A DNA stretch of 15,597 bases from Fimbriimonadales bacterium (GTDB taxonomy: Bacteria; Armatimonadota; Fimbriimonadia; Fimbriimonadales; JABRVX01): the NCBI GenBank assembly GCA_045862955.1, contig BTVI01000058.1, forward strand, positions 1-15,597, read 5' to 3'. Below are positions 1 through 9,261 of the stretch, in pieces. Position 1 is the first letter of the stretch. Every line of letters starts with the position of its first letter. The position numbers and the translations under genes were made by a program. A model generated the notes under the pieces. It was not told the DNA's origin, searched no databases, and saw only the letters and a list, made by a program, of their open reading frames with translations.

Positions 1-521
1 GGTTGCATGCTTCGACCGGCTCCGCATGACGGGCAGGGGTGTGGCGGGGGCTCCTTGCCCCGGCGCGGTCCTGGGGTTGGCGGTGGGCGGGGGGGGTTGG
101 AGGAATGCGGCGGACGCGGGCCGGGGCATGGGACGGGGCGCCCTCGCCGCCCGCACGATGGCGGCCTCCGATGCAACGCTTGCGGCTTGTGGTTGCATGC
201 TTCGACAGGCTCAGCATGACGGAAAGGGGTGTGGCGGGGGCTCCATGCCCCGGCGCGGTCCTTGGGTTGGCGGTGTGCGTCGGGTTGGAGGGATGCGGCG
301 GACGCGGGCCGGGGCATGGGACGGGACGCCTGTGTCGGTGCGCCCTCGCCGCCCGAACGATGGCGGCCTCCGATGCAACGCTTGCGGCTTGTGGTTGCGT
401 GCTTCGACAGGCTCAGCATGACGGAAAGGGGTGTGGCGGGGGCTCCATGCCCCGGCGCGGTCCTTGGGTTGGCGGTGTGCGGTGGGTTGGAGGAATGCGT
501 CGGACGCGGGCCGGGGCATGG
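1..521. repeat. Tandem array of ~190-202 bp composite units (about 2.7 copies, cut by the window edge), each containing a REPIN-like inverted pair
   Basis: Units start at 1, 191 and 393 (GGTTGCRTGCTTCGAC). Each has a left arm CC(A/T)TGCCCCGGCGCGGTCC (53-71, 243-261, 445-463) and a right arm GGACGCGGGCCGGGGCATGG (112-131, 300-319, 502-521), 38-40 bp apart. The same arms flank the RAYT gene at the other end of the window. Confidence 0.92.
198..221 (-). repeat. CGTC-tagged palindromic repeat (CGTCATGCTGAGCCTGTCGAAGCA on minus strand); further copies at 400-423 and a 2-mismatch copy at 8-31
   Basis: TGCTTCGACAGGCTCAGCATGACG occurs once per array unit. It resembles the widespread GTCATnCTGAGCnTGTCGAAG repeat class; recognised from memory, not searched. 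Confidence 0.65.
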
Positions 522-527
522 AAGACC

Positions 528-680
528 TCGCCGGGACGACGTTATTCCGGCGTCCGCGGTCGGGAACTGAGATCGCCGGGACGGCGAGATTACGGGCGTC
601 CCGCCGGACCGCAGGCGGCGGGTGACGGAGAGGAGAGCGATGCCGGACCGCAGGCGGCGGGTGGCCGAGAGGAGCGCGAC
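528..680. repeat. Two short degenerate tandem duplications downstream of the TPR gene
   Basis: TCGCCGGGACG at 528-538 and 573-583 (45 bp period; each copy can close a GGACG...CGTCC stem). GCCGGACCGCAGGCGGCGGGTG at 603-624 and 642-663 (39 bp period). Confidence 0.75.
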
Positions 681-681
681 G

Positions 682-1587
682 TTACGGGCGGATGTTGTTC
701 TTGGCGATGATATTGTTCGGGTCCAGTTCGAGGACACGCCGGAAGGCCTCCTGCGCCAGCTCTGGCTGGTCGGTGTCGCGATAGGTTACTGCCAGGTGTA
801 GCTGCGCCGCGACGTACTTGGGGTTGATCTCTAGCGCCTTCTTGTACTGCTCGATGCTCTCATCGATGCGCCCTAGCGCATGCAGCGCCAGGCCGTAGTG
901 ACACCGCAGGTCGGCATAAGTCGGAGCGAGTTGGATGGCCTTCTCATACTCCTCTGCAGCCTGCAGGAACAACCCTCGTTTGTAGAGTGCGTCGGCTACG
1001 CGGGCATGAACCGCCACGGGGCTCTCTTCCTCGACCACCGCCTCGAAGGTGGCGAGCGCCCGCTCGTGCTGGCCCTTCTCGTGCTGCTGGAGCGCCCTAG
1101 AGAACTTTTCGTTTCGGAACGAGGGCTCGAGGCTCAGTGCTTGCTGCAGCCTCTTCAGGCCCATGTCGTGATTGCCTTGCTCGTAAGTGAGCAGTCCCTG
1201 CTCGTACACCGCGCGGGCAAAGCGGGGGTTGATGGTGAGTGCCTCATGCAGATGTTCCTCGGCTGCCTCATAGTCTTTCAGCTTCCGGCACGCGACGGCG
1301 GCGTGGTAGCGCAGGTCGGCGTAGTTGGGGTGAATCTCGAGCGCTTTGCAATAGTAGTCCACGGCGTGGCGGTATTCGTGCCGTCTGACTGCTTCCTGTC
1401 CGAGGCACGAATAGGCCTCTGCCGTGTAGAACTTCGCCAGGCGTACGACGACGGGATCCCGACCACACGCGAGCACCTGTGTAAAGGCCTCGATGGCGCC
1501 CGGGTAGTCCCCCTGGTCATACAACCGAATGGCGCGATCGTAGTTGTCGTCCCGCCCGAAACCCATCATCCTCCCGACTACCGACAC
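682..1587 (-). CDS. Tetratricopeptide repeat (TPR) protein, 301 aa
   Basis: Repeated TPR signatures (KALEIHPNYADLRYH, EALTINPRFARA, KAIQLAPTYADL, KALEINPKYVAA, RVLELDPNN). GTG start with AAGGAGGAG SD at 1592-1600. Confidence 0.9.
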   Translation of the reverse strand: MSVVGRMMGFGRDDNYDRAIRLYDQGDYPGAIEAFTQVLACGRDPVVVRLAKFYTAEAYSCLGQEAVRRHEYRHAVDYYCKALEIHPNYADLRYHAAVACRKLKDYEAAEEHLHEALTINPRFARAVYEQGLLTYEQGNHDMGLKRLQQALSLEPSFRNEKFSRALQQHEKGQHERALATFEAVVEEESPVAVHARVADALYKRGLFLQAAEEYEKAIQLAPTYADLRCHYGLALHALGRIDESIEQYKKALEINPKYVAAQLHLAVTYRDTDQPELAQEAFRRVLELDPNNIIAKNNIRP

Positions 1588-1606
1588 GTTGCTCCTCCTT
1601 CGGCCT

Positions 1607-2914
1607 TTACGAGTTGGCTGGCCCGCTACGCCCCACTCCGAAATAGCGGAACCCGGCTTTGGCCGCGCAATTGGGGTCGTAGATGTTCCTTCCGTCGAAC
1701 AGATACGGCTGGCGCATCACCGAGCGCAGACGCTCCAGGTTAAGTTGCTTGAACTCGTTCCACTCGGTGACGATGAGCACGGCGTCCGCACCTTCTGCCG
1801 CTTCATAGGGATTATGGCTATAGGTGATGTCGGGGAACAGGTTGCGGAACCCGTCCATCGCTACGGGGTCGTAAGCGCGGACCGTTGCCCCTTCATCGAG
1901 CAGCATTCTTACTAGCTCGATGGACTTGGCATCGCGCAGGTCGTCCGTGTTCGGCTTGAAGGCCAGCCCGAGGACTGCAACGGTCTTACCCTGCACGTCG
2001 CCCAGGTGCTTCCGCACTTTGTCGATAAAGCGCTTCGGCTGTTCCTTGTTGATCTGGTAGGTCTCTTCCAAGAGCCCGAACCGGTAGCCGAGCCGGTTGG
2101 AAACGGTTATCAGCCCGAGCACGTCCTTGGGGAAGCAGCTTCCGCCCCAACCGAGGCCTGCCTGTAAGAACTGCGGGCCGATGCGGCTATCCGCACCCAT
2201 GCCCTTGCTAACGAGCGCTACGTCGGCTCCGCACGCCTCGCAAAGGTTGGCAATGGCGTTGATGAAGCTGATCTTCATCGCGAGGAAGCTGTTGGAGGCG
2301 TACTTTGTCATCTCTGCACTGTGCAGGTCGGTGATGAGCATCGGGCGCTCGAGCGGCGCATACAGCTCCACCAGCTTGTTGGAAGCGTCCCGTTTCGACG
2401 AGCCGATCACGATGCGGTCCGGATAGAGCGTGTCATGAACAGCCGAACCCTCGCGGAGAAACTCCGGGTTGGAAACTACGTCGAACGAGCCCTCGGGCGC
2501 GCCTTCTTCTAGCAGAATCTCCCGCACCCAGTCGCCGGTGCCCACCGGCACGGTGCTCTTGTTCACGATCACCTTGTAGCCGTTCATGTTGTGTGCGATG
2601 GAACGGGCGACCGCTTCCACCTGGCTCAGGTCCGGTTGGCCGTCTTCGCCGGAGGGCGTACCGACGGCAATGAACACTACCTCGGCCCAGCGGCAGGCCT
2701 CTGCCAGATCGGTGGTAAAGCTTAGCCGTCCCTCTGCCAGCCCGCGGGAGATCAGTTCCTCTACTCCGGGCTCGTAGATTGGAGATTTGCCCTCCTTGAG
2801 TAGGGCAATCTTTTGCGGGTCTTTGTCCACGCACACGACGTCGTTCCCGAGGTCTGCGAAGACGACCCCAGTCACCAAACCGACATATCCCGTACCGACT
2901 ACACAAATGTTCAT
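1607..2914 (-). CDS. ugd: UDP-glucose/GDP-mannose 6-dehydrogenase family protein (UDP-glucose 6-dehydrogenase)
   Basis: N-terminal VVGTGYVGL Rossmann motif, KSTVPVGT, SNPEFLREG, catalytic GGSCFPKD, LGLAFKPNTDDLR. Confidence 0.95.
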   Translation of the reverse strand: MNICVVGTGYVGLVTGVVFADLGNDVVCVDKDPQKIALLKEGKSPIYEPGVEELISRGLAEGRLSFTTDLAEACRWAEVVFIAVGTPSGEDGQPDLSQVEAVARSIAHNMNGYKVIVNKSTVPVGTGDWVREILLEEGAPEGSFDVVSNPEFLREGSAVHDTLYPDRIVIGSSKRDASNKLVELYAPLERPMLITDLHSAEMTKYASNSFLAMKISFINAIANLCEACGADVALVSKGMGADSRIGPQFLQAGLGWGGSCFPKDVLGLITVSNRLGYRFGLLEETYQINKEQPKRFIDKVRKHLGDVQGKTVAVLGLAFKPNTDDLRDAKSIELVRMLLDEGATVRAYDPVAMDGFRNLFPDITYSHNPYEAAEGADAVLIVTEWNEFKQLNLERLRSVMRQPYLFDGRNIYDPNCAAKAGFRYFGVGRSGPANS

Positions 2915-3039
2915 AATCCACTCTAGTTTTCGGCGAGTCCGTGGCCGAGGATTAGCCGGGCCCGGTGCCCGGCACGGGCGTTGCCGCTCGGACTTGTTCG
3001 GCGGGCCCGGGGCGGGTACCTATGCGGGTCCCGAAGTTC

Positions 3040-4110
3040 CTAGGGCGTCTCCCCTCGAATCATGCGCCCGATGTCGAGCGTGGTGACGAGTACGAAGAGC
3101 GCAAGCAGGATCAACAGGCCGGCGTACTGCAAACCGAGCTGCATCTTCGGCGAAAGCTTCTTGCCCCGACGAAGCCACTCGATCGTGTACAGCATCAGGT
3201 GCCCGCCGTCCAGCACGGGGATGGGGAACAGGTTGATGACGCCTATGGTAAGGCTGAGCTGCCCCGCTAGCTCGAGCAGGTCGGCGAGCCCGCGCTTGGC
3301 GGCTTTCCCGGAGAGGCCGGCGATGGCGAGCGGGCCGCCCAGGTCCTGGGTCACGCGACTGCTGAACAGCGTGCCGAAGAGCAGCTGCACGTTCATGTAG
3401 GAGTGCTGGACTGCGATTTTCACGGAATCGACCAGCCCGACTCTCGTGCGGGTAAGCTGTGGGGTGCAGAAGATGCGGCCGACCGAGCGCTTCGTAGGTC
3501 TGAGCGGGTCGGTCAGTTCGGGGACGAGGTCGCTTTCCGGAAAGACCACCACCGAGAAGGTCTTCCCCGCCCGCTCGAGCATGAGATACACGGGAAGGCC
3601 GGCGTTGTTGTGGATAACGCCGGACACCTCGGGCCATTCGGTGACGGGCACGACTCCGGCGCGGAGGATGCGATCTCCCTCATGAATCCCGGCCAGATCG
3701 GCGACTTTGCCCTCCACCACCTCGCCGATCCGCGGCGGCTTCACGAACTCGCCGAGGCCGAATACGGTTCCGACGAGCATGAACAGCACCAGCGCAAGGA
3801 CGATGCTCATGAACGGGCCCGCCGCTATCGTGATCATGCGCTTGTAGAGCGGCTGGTCTACGAAGGCACGCTCTTCGGGGGCGTACTCTTTAGGCTCCAT
3901 TCCGTGGATCGCGACGAAGCCTCCGAGCGGAAATGGGCCGATGCTGAACTCTGTCTCGTTCCAGCGCCCTAGCCGGATGATGGGCGGGCCGAACCCGACC
4001 TGGAAGCGGTCGGCTCGCATTCCTGCCCACTTGGCGGCAAGCAGGTGGCCGAGCTCGTGTACGACCACGATAAGAAAGATGATAAAGATGAAGCTCAGAA
4101 TTGGTGTCAT
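3040..4110 (-). CDS. rseP: RIP zinc metalloprotease RseP (M50 family, PDZ domain)
   Basis: HELGH zinc motif, PLGGFV, AAGPFMS, NLFPIPVLDGGH; position after dxr. Confidence 0.95.
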   Translation of the reverse strand: MTPILSFIFIIFLIVVVHELGHLLAAKWAGMRADRFQVGFGPPIIRLGRWNETEFSIGPFPLGGFVAIHGMEPKEYAPEERAFVDQPLYKRMITIAAGPFMSIVLALVLFMLVGTVFGLGEFVKPPRIGEVVEGKVADLAGIHEGDRILRAGVVPVTEWPEVSGVIHNNAGLPVYLMLERAGKTFSVVVFPESDLVPELTDPLRPTKRSVGRIFCTPQLTRTRVGLVDSVKIAVQHSYMNVQLLFGTLFSSRVTQDLGGPLAIAGLSGKAAKRGLADLLELAGQLSLTIGVINLFPIPVLDGGHLMLYTIEWLRRGKKLSPKMQLGLQYAGLLILLALFVLVTTLDIGRMIRGETP

Positions 4111-4116
4111 GGGATG

Positions 4117-5262
4117 CTACGAGGCTCCCGGTGCCGAAGTGCATGAAGCTCTTCGAGCGGTCTCGCGAGCCCACGCGTCGGCTTCGATGACGGCATCGAG
4201 GCGCGCCTCCACGGGACAGTGTTCATCCATGACCCTCTTAACAACGTCGGCAATCTCCGTAAATCCGATCCTCCCCTCCAGGAACATCGGCACGGCGGCC
4301 TCATTGGCTCCGTTCATCACCGCGGGCATGGTGCCGCCGATCCGAGCCGCTTCGTAGGCTAGGTCCAGGCAAGGAAAGGCGGACCGGTCTACGGGCTCGA
4401 AGGTTAGCGGAGCACACTGCAGGGGGTCGAACGGTGGCAAACCGGTATCCACCCGCTCGAGTTCCAGCAAGGCTACCTGGATCGGCAGCCGCATGTCGGG
4501 CAGGCCGAGCTGGGCGAGGACGGAGCCGTCCCGCGTTCGAATCATCGAATGAATGATGCTCTGCGGGTGAACGACGACGGTGATGCGGTCGGGCGGCAGG
4601 CCGAAGAGCCAGCGGGCTTCGATCACCTCCAGACCTTTGTTCATCAGTGTGGCGGAGTCCACGGTGATTTTGGGTCCCATGCGCCACGTGGGATGTGCAA
4701 GCGCCTGTTCCGGCGTGACCGACTGCAACCGCGCCCGCGACCACCCTCGGAACGGCCCACCCGATGCAGTAAGGATGATTTCCGCCACGTCCTGCTGCGA
4801 AACGGCCTGCATGCACTGGAAGATGGCGCTGTGCTCGCTGTCGATCGGGACGATGCGACCGGACTGCGCTGCGGCTCGGGTGACCTCTTCGCCCCCCGCT
4901 ACCAGCACCTCCTTGCTGGCGAGCGCCACTGTCTTGCCACGCCGCAGGGCGGTCATGGTGGGCTCGAGCCCGATCATGCCGGAGACACTCACCACCAGCA
5001 CGTCGTAGTCGGCCGCCTCTGCTAGGCGCGCATGAGCATCTCGGCCAGTTAGCACATTGCCGTCGAGGCCATTGAGTTGCCGGCCCTCGACGAGGCCCAG
5101 CCATTCGGGCTTCCACTGTGCAGCCTGGCGTGCCAGTAGCTCGGCGTTGGAGTGCGCGGCTAGGCCAACGACTCGGACCCGGTCGCCGAGGCGAGCGCAC
5201 ACATCGAGCACCTGCGTGCCGATCGAGCCGGTGGAGCCGAGGACGAGGACCCGTTTAGGCAC
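4117..5262 (-). CDS. dxr: 1-deoxy-D-xylulose 5-phosphate reductoisomerase
   Basis: LGSTGSIG, PIDSEHSAIFQ, LTASGGPF, HPTWRMGPKITVDSATLMNKGLEVIEA. Start placed at GTG 5262 (GGGAG SD; overlaps the uppS stop in GTGCCTAA) rather than 5271. Confidence 0.96.
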   Translation of the reverse strand: MPKRVLVLGSTGSIGTQVLDVCARLGDRVRVVGLAAHSNAELLARQAAQWKPEWLGLVEGRQLNGLDGNVLTGRDAHARLAEAADYDVLVVSVSGMIGLEPTMTALRRGKTVALASKEVLVAGGEEVTRAAAQSGRIVPIDSEHSAIFQCMQAVSQQDVAEIILTASGGPFRGWSRARLQSVTPEQALAHPTWRMGPKITVDSATLMNKGLEVIEARWLFGLPPDRITVVVHPQSIIHSMIRTRDGSVLAQLGLPDMRLPIQVALLELERVDTGLPPFDPLQCAPLTFEPVDRSAFPCLDLAYEAARIGGTMPAVMNGANEAAVPMFLEGRIGFTEIADVVKRVMDEHCPVEARLDAVIEADAWARETARRASCTSAPGAS

Positions 5263-6046
5263 CCACCACACTCCCGAACTTGCGAACTCGCGCCTCGTAG
5301 TCCTTGACCGCCGTGAAGAGGCAGTTTTCGTCGAACGCCGGCCACGGCTCGGGGCAGACGTGGTACTCGGCGTAAGCGGCCTGCCACAGGAGGAAGTTGC
5401 TGATTCGTTGCTCCCCAGCAGTGCGGATGACCAGGTCGGGCTCGGGCAACTCCGGGTGGTACAGGTGGGCCGAGATCAGGCCCTCCGTGACTGCGGCGGG
5501 GTCCAGCCGCCCCGCGGCCGCTTCCCGCACGATGTCTCGAACCGCGTCCACGACCTCTGCCCTGCCTCCGTAGTTGATAGCCAGGTTGAACACGATTCGG
5601 TTGTTATCGCGGGTCAGCTCGACACCCGCGAGCAGTGCGTCTCGCAGCGATTCGGGTACCTCGTGCAACCTTCCGCTCACCAACACGCGAACGTTGCTCT
5701 GGTGCAGGGTTCTGAGCTCGTCGCGTGCCGCGCGTTCGATGAGTTGGAACAGCCCGGTGACCTCGTCCGGGGGACGTCGCCAGTTTTCGGTGGAGAAGGC
5801 ATACACGGTCATCACCTGAATACCGAGGTCTGCCGCATCGAGGAGCACTCTTCGCAGGTTTTTGTAGCCTTCTCGATGGCCGATGAGACGCGGTAGCCCC
5901 CGCTGCTGCGCCCACCGGCCGTTGCCATCCATGACGATGGCGATGTGGCGCGGAAGACGCTCCAGGTCCACGCCGGCAGCCGAAGCCCGCGCACGGATCG
6001 GCGTGTCGGTCGGCGGCAGCAGGTCCAGCGAGGGGGCCGCGCCCAT
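5255..6046 (-). CDS. uppS: Undecaprenyl/polyprenyl diphosphate synthase
   Basis: HIAIVMDGNGRWA, YAFSTENWRRP, NYGGRAE, RTAGEQRISNFLLWQ. ATG overlaps the frr stop (TGATG). Confidence 0.96.
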   Translation of the reverse strand: MGAAPSLDLLPPTDTPIRARASAAGVDLERLPRHIAIVMDGNGRWAQQRGLPRLIGHREGYKNLRRVLLDAADLGIQVMTVYAFSTENWRRPPDEVTGLFQLIERAARDELRTLHQSNVRVLVSGRLHEVPESLRDALLAGVELTRDNNRIVFNLAINYGGRAEVVDAVRDIVREAAAGRLDPAAVTEGLISAHLYHPELPEPDLVIRTAGEQRISNFLLWQAAYAEYHVCPEPWPAFDENCLFTAVKDYEARVRKFGSVVGA

Positions 6047-6603
6047 CAGACCTCCATCAGCTCCTCTTCCTTCTTCTTGGCGATGGCGTGAATCTCGGCG
6101 ATGTACTTGTCGGTCAGCTTCTGCAGAGCGGCCTCCTCGTCTTTCAGGTCGTCTTCCGTGATCTCGTGGGCCTTCTCCGCCTGCTTCAGGTGGTTGTGTG
6201 CATCACGGCGGACGTTACGGATGGCGACGCAACCCTCTTCGGCCCGCGCATGAAGCTGCTTGACCATCTCCTTGCGCCGTTCCTCGGTCATCATCGGGAT
6301 GTTGAGGCGAATGCCTGCGGCGTCCGTGATCGGGTTGATACCGAGGTCGCTTTTCATGATGGCCCGCTCGATCTGCGGGGTCATCTGTTTGTCGTAGGGC
6401 TGAACGAGCAGCTGCCTCGGCTCCGGAACGCTGATATTGGCCAGCTGATTCAGGGGTGTAGGGGTCCCGTAGTAGTCCACGGTGATGCGATCGAGCATCG
6501 CTGGGTTTGCGCGGCCCGTGCGCAGACGTTGGAAGTCATGGGCCGCAGCTTCGACCGAGTGCTTCATCTTTTCTTCGGCCTTTTCGATGATATCATCAAC
6601 CAT
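6046..6603 (-). CDS. frr: Ribosome recycling factor
   Basis: LRTGRANP, VDYYGTPTPLNQLA, TEERRKEMVK, IRNVRRDA; 185 aa. Confidence 0.97.
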   Translation of the reverse strand: MVDDIIEKAEEKMKHSVEAAAHDFQRLRTGRANPAMLDRITVDYYGTPTPLNQLANISVPEPRQLLVQPYDKQMTPQIERAIMKSDLGINPITDAAGIRLNIPMMTEERRKEMVKQLHARAEEGCVAIRNVRRDAHNHLKQAEKAHEITEDDLKDEEAALQKLTDKYIAEIHAIAKKKEEELMEV

Positions 6604-6607
6604 TGGA

Positions 6608-7339
6608 TTACCCTCCTACAGTAGTTCCGATGGGCTCCCCGAGTAGAGCCCGGCGAACTGCGTTCGGCTCGTCGAGTGCGAACACGACGATTGGCAGCGA
6701 GTGTTCCCGACACATGGTGAACGCGGTCTGATCCATGACGGCGAGCCGCTGTTCGATTGCTTGATCATACGTCAGGCTATCGTACTTCTTCGCCTCAGGA
6801 TACGCCATCGGATCCTTGTCGTAGACGCCGTCCACTTTGGTGGCTTTCAGCAGTGCATCGGCGCCGAGCTCGAGTGCTCGCAGCACCGATGCGGTGTCCG
6901 TGCTGAAGTAGGGATTACCGGTCCCGGCAGCCAGTATCACGATGCGTCCCTTCTCCAGATGCCGAATCGCGCGTCTGCGAATAAACATCTCGGCCACCGA
7001 CTGAACCGTGATCGCGCTCTGAAGACGAGTATCGAGCCCGATTCGCTCGAGGGCCTGCTGCAAAGCTAGGGCGTTGATCAGGGTGGCGAGCATGCCCATG
7101 TAGTCCGCAACCGCGCGTTCCGCACCATCTCGGGATGCCTGATTGCCACGGATGATGTTGCCACCACCCACGACGAGCGCGAGTTGCACGCCGAGAGCAT
7201 AGCCGTCGGCGACCTGCCGGGCGATCCCATCCACGGTGTCCGGATCGATGCCGAATCCCTTGCCACCCGACAAGGCCTCGCCGCTGAGCTTTAGGAGAAC
7301 GCGGCTATACTTCGGGTGCGGGGGATCTCCGGCAGTCAC
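6608..7339 (-). CDS. pyrH: UMP kinase
   Basis: [53 protein letters not shown]. Confidence 0.97.
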   Translation of the reverse strand: MTAGDPPHPKYSRVLLKLSGEALSGGKGFGIDPDTVDGIARQVADGYALGVQLALVVGGGNIIRGNQASRDGAERAVADYMGMLATLINALALQQALERIGLDTRLQSAITVQSVAEMFIRRRAIRHLEKGRIVILAAGTGNPYFSTDTASVLRALELGADALLKATKVDGVYDKDPMAYPEAKKYDSLTYDQAIEQRLAVMDQTAFTMCREHSLPIVVFALDEPNAVRRALLGEPIGTTVGG

Positions 7340-7345
7340 TTGGGA

Positions 7346-8197
7346 TCACGCTCCTACCGCGATGCGCGTGAAGAAGGTGACCCTGGGCTCTCCTCCGTCT
7401 CCCTTGGCCGCCTCGAGCAGCTGCTTGATGGTCTCGGGCTGGCCGAGGTAGTGCTGCTCCATTAAACAGGCTTTCTGGAAGAAGTTCTTGTTCACGCGCC
7501 CTTCGGCAATCTTCTCGGCCTGCGCTTCTGGCTTCCCCTCGTTGATCGCACGGTGCATCTCGATCTCGATCTCCTGCCGCACGCGCTCCGGGTCCACTTG
7601 ATCCTTGGTGATGAACTCCGGGTCGGCCCAGGCGATATGCGTGGCGATCTTGTGCGCGGCTTCTACCACTGCGTCGGAGTCGTTGCCCTCGACCTCCACC
7701 ATAACTCCCTTGGTGCGGTCATGGTGGATGTAAGTGTCTAGGATGCCGCTCGTCTCCCTAACGACGACTTTGCCAATCTCGATCTTCTCCCCGATTTTGC
7801 CGCGGATGGTGTCCACTGATGCCTCGACACTCGTGCCATCGAGGCTAAGGCCACCGAGAGCTTCCTTGTCGGCACCGGCTGATGCGCCAGCCAACGCAGC
7901 CTGTGCGATGGCGGCTGCCAGAGCGACGAACTCCTCGTTGCGGGCAACGAAGTCGGTCTCGCAGTTGAGCTCTACGAGCACGGCCTTCTTGTGGTCCGGG
8001 GTCGAAGCACCCGCCACTACGCCGGCGGCGGCGTGGCGTTCGGCCCTCTTATCCTGAACAGCGGCGCCCCGCTCTCGCAGGTACTGCTTGGCAGCCTCGA
8101 AGTCGCCACCCTTCTCGACGAGCGCCCTCTTGCAATCCATCATCGGCGCACCCGTCTGTTCTCGCAGCTCTTTCACCTGTGCGGCGGTGATCTCCAT
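7346..8197 (-). CDS. tsf: Translation elongation factor Ts
   Basis: ITAAQVKELREQTGAPMMDCKRAL, ELNCETDFVARN. AAGGAGG SD lies inside the rpsB 3' end. Confidence 0.97.
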   Translation of the reverse strand: MEITAAQVKELREQTGAPMMDCKRALVEKGGDFEAAKQYLRERGAAVQDKRAERHAAAGVVAGASTPDHKKAVLVELNCETDFVARNEEFVALAAAIAQAALAGASAGADKEALGGLSLDGTSVEASVDTIRGKIGEKIEIGKVVVRETSGILDTYIHHDRTKGVMVEVEGNDSDAVVEAAHKIATHIAWADPEFITKDQVDPERVRQEIEIEMHRAINEGKPEAQAEKIAEGRVNKNFFQKACLMEQHYLGQPETIKQLLEAAKGDGGEPRVTFFTRIAVGA

Positions 8198-8199
8198 TC

Positions 8200-9249
8200 C
8201 TAGACCTCCTTGCTCGTTCTTCGCTCGCGTTTGGCGCTGCTCTTGAACTCCTCTACGTCCTCTTCCTCTTCGGTCTGCTTGAGCAGCTCTCGCTCGAGGT
8301 CCTGGGCGGTCAGCCGCTTGATGCGCTCCAACTCCTCCGGTGTGACCTCTTCCTCGATGTCCGGTCCGATTATCTCGGTCTCGAGGTCTTCGTCGGAGAG
8401 GATGTCGGCCTCGTCGATCAGGCCGACTTCCGCTGCCAACCGATCGATCTCCAGCTCGTCCAGGCCTCCAGGCAGCTCTTTGCCGAGCAGATCTTCTTCG
8501 GAAATCCCCTCCAGAGCCTCGGTTTCGGCCGCAGCTGCCTCCTCGTCGCGAAGTCGCTCTTCCTCGGTGATGGGCAGCACCTCGACGATCGCATCGGCGA
8601 TCTTGCCCGCGACCAGTTTGATGGCGCGGATGGCGTCGTCGTTGCCTGGAATGATGTAGGTCGCGTCGTCCGGGTCGCAGTTGGTGTCCACAATGGCCAC
8701 GATGGGAATGCCCAGCTTCTTTGCCTCGGCCACCGCAATGGCTTCCTTCTTCAGGTCCACGATGAACATCAGCTTGGGCAGGCCGGGCATGTCCTTCACG
8801 CCTTCGAGGTAGCGGTTCAGCCGGGCCAACTCCTCGCGGCGCTGCATGGCTTCCTTCTTGGTGAAGCGGCTGAAGGTGCCATCCTTCTCCATCTTATCGA
8901 GCTCTCGAAGCCGAGCGATGCGAGTGAGCATCGTCTTCCAGTTAGTGAGCATGCCACCCAGCCAACGTTCGGTGACGTAGTACTGTTTGCTGCGCTGCGC
9001 CGCCTCGCGGACTGCCGCCTGCGCTTGCTTCTTCGTGCCTACGAAGAGCACGTGCCCGCCTTCGGAGACTACGTTCTGAACAGCCTTCTGGGCCTCGTCG
9101 AACAGGTTGATGGTCTGGTGAAGGTCGATGATGTAGATGCCGCTGCGGGCGCCGTAGATGTACGGCTTCATCTTGGGGTTCCAGCGTCGGGTCACGTGGC
9201 CGAAATGGACGCCGGATTCGAGGAGCTCCTTCATCGAGAGAGCTGCCAT
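8200..9249 (-). CDS. rpsB: 30S ribosomal protein S2 (uS2) with long acidic C-terminal extension
   Basis: [63 protein letters not shown] at 9257-9263. Confidence 0.97.
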   Translation of the reverse strand: MAALSMKELLESGVHFGHVTRRWNPKMKPYIYGARSGIYIIDLHQTINLFDEAQKAVQNVVSEGGHVLFVGTKKQAQAAVREAAQRSKQYYVTERWLGGMLTNWKTMLTRIARLRELDKMEKDGTFSRFTKKEAMQRREELARLNRYLEGVKDMPGLPKLMFIVDLKKEAIAVAEAKKLGIPIVAIVDTNCDPDDATYIIPGNDDAIRAIKLVAGKIADAIVEVLPITEEERLRDEEAAAAETEALEGISEEDLLGKELPGGLDELEIDRLAAEVGLIDEADILSDEDLETEIIGPDIEEEVTPEELERIKRLTAQDLERELLKQTEEEEDVEEFKSSAKRERRTSKEV

Positions 9250-9261
9250 TCTGTTTCCTCC

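Noticed and set aside
31..100. G-quadruplex-prone G runs and apparent divergence of array unit 1
   Set aside because: The G8 run and several A>C/G changes occur only in the edge copy and may be low-quality end sequence; units 2 and 3 lack them.
7..710. Overlapping ORFs of 64-223 aa in the left array
   Set aside because: They are translations of GC-rich repeats in several frames, with no domain signal, and the 190 and 202 bp periods shift the frame.
2956..3010. CCGGGCCCG...CGGGCCCGG inverted repeat between rseP and ugd
   Set aside because: Short, GC-only, no U tract and unrelated to the REP arms; compatible with chance.
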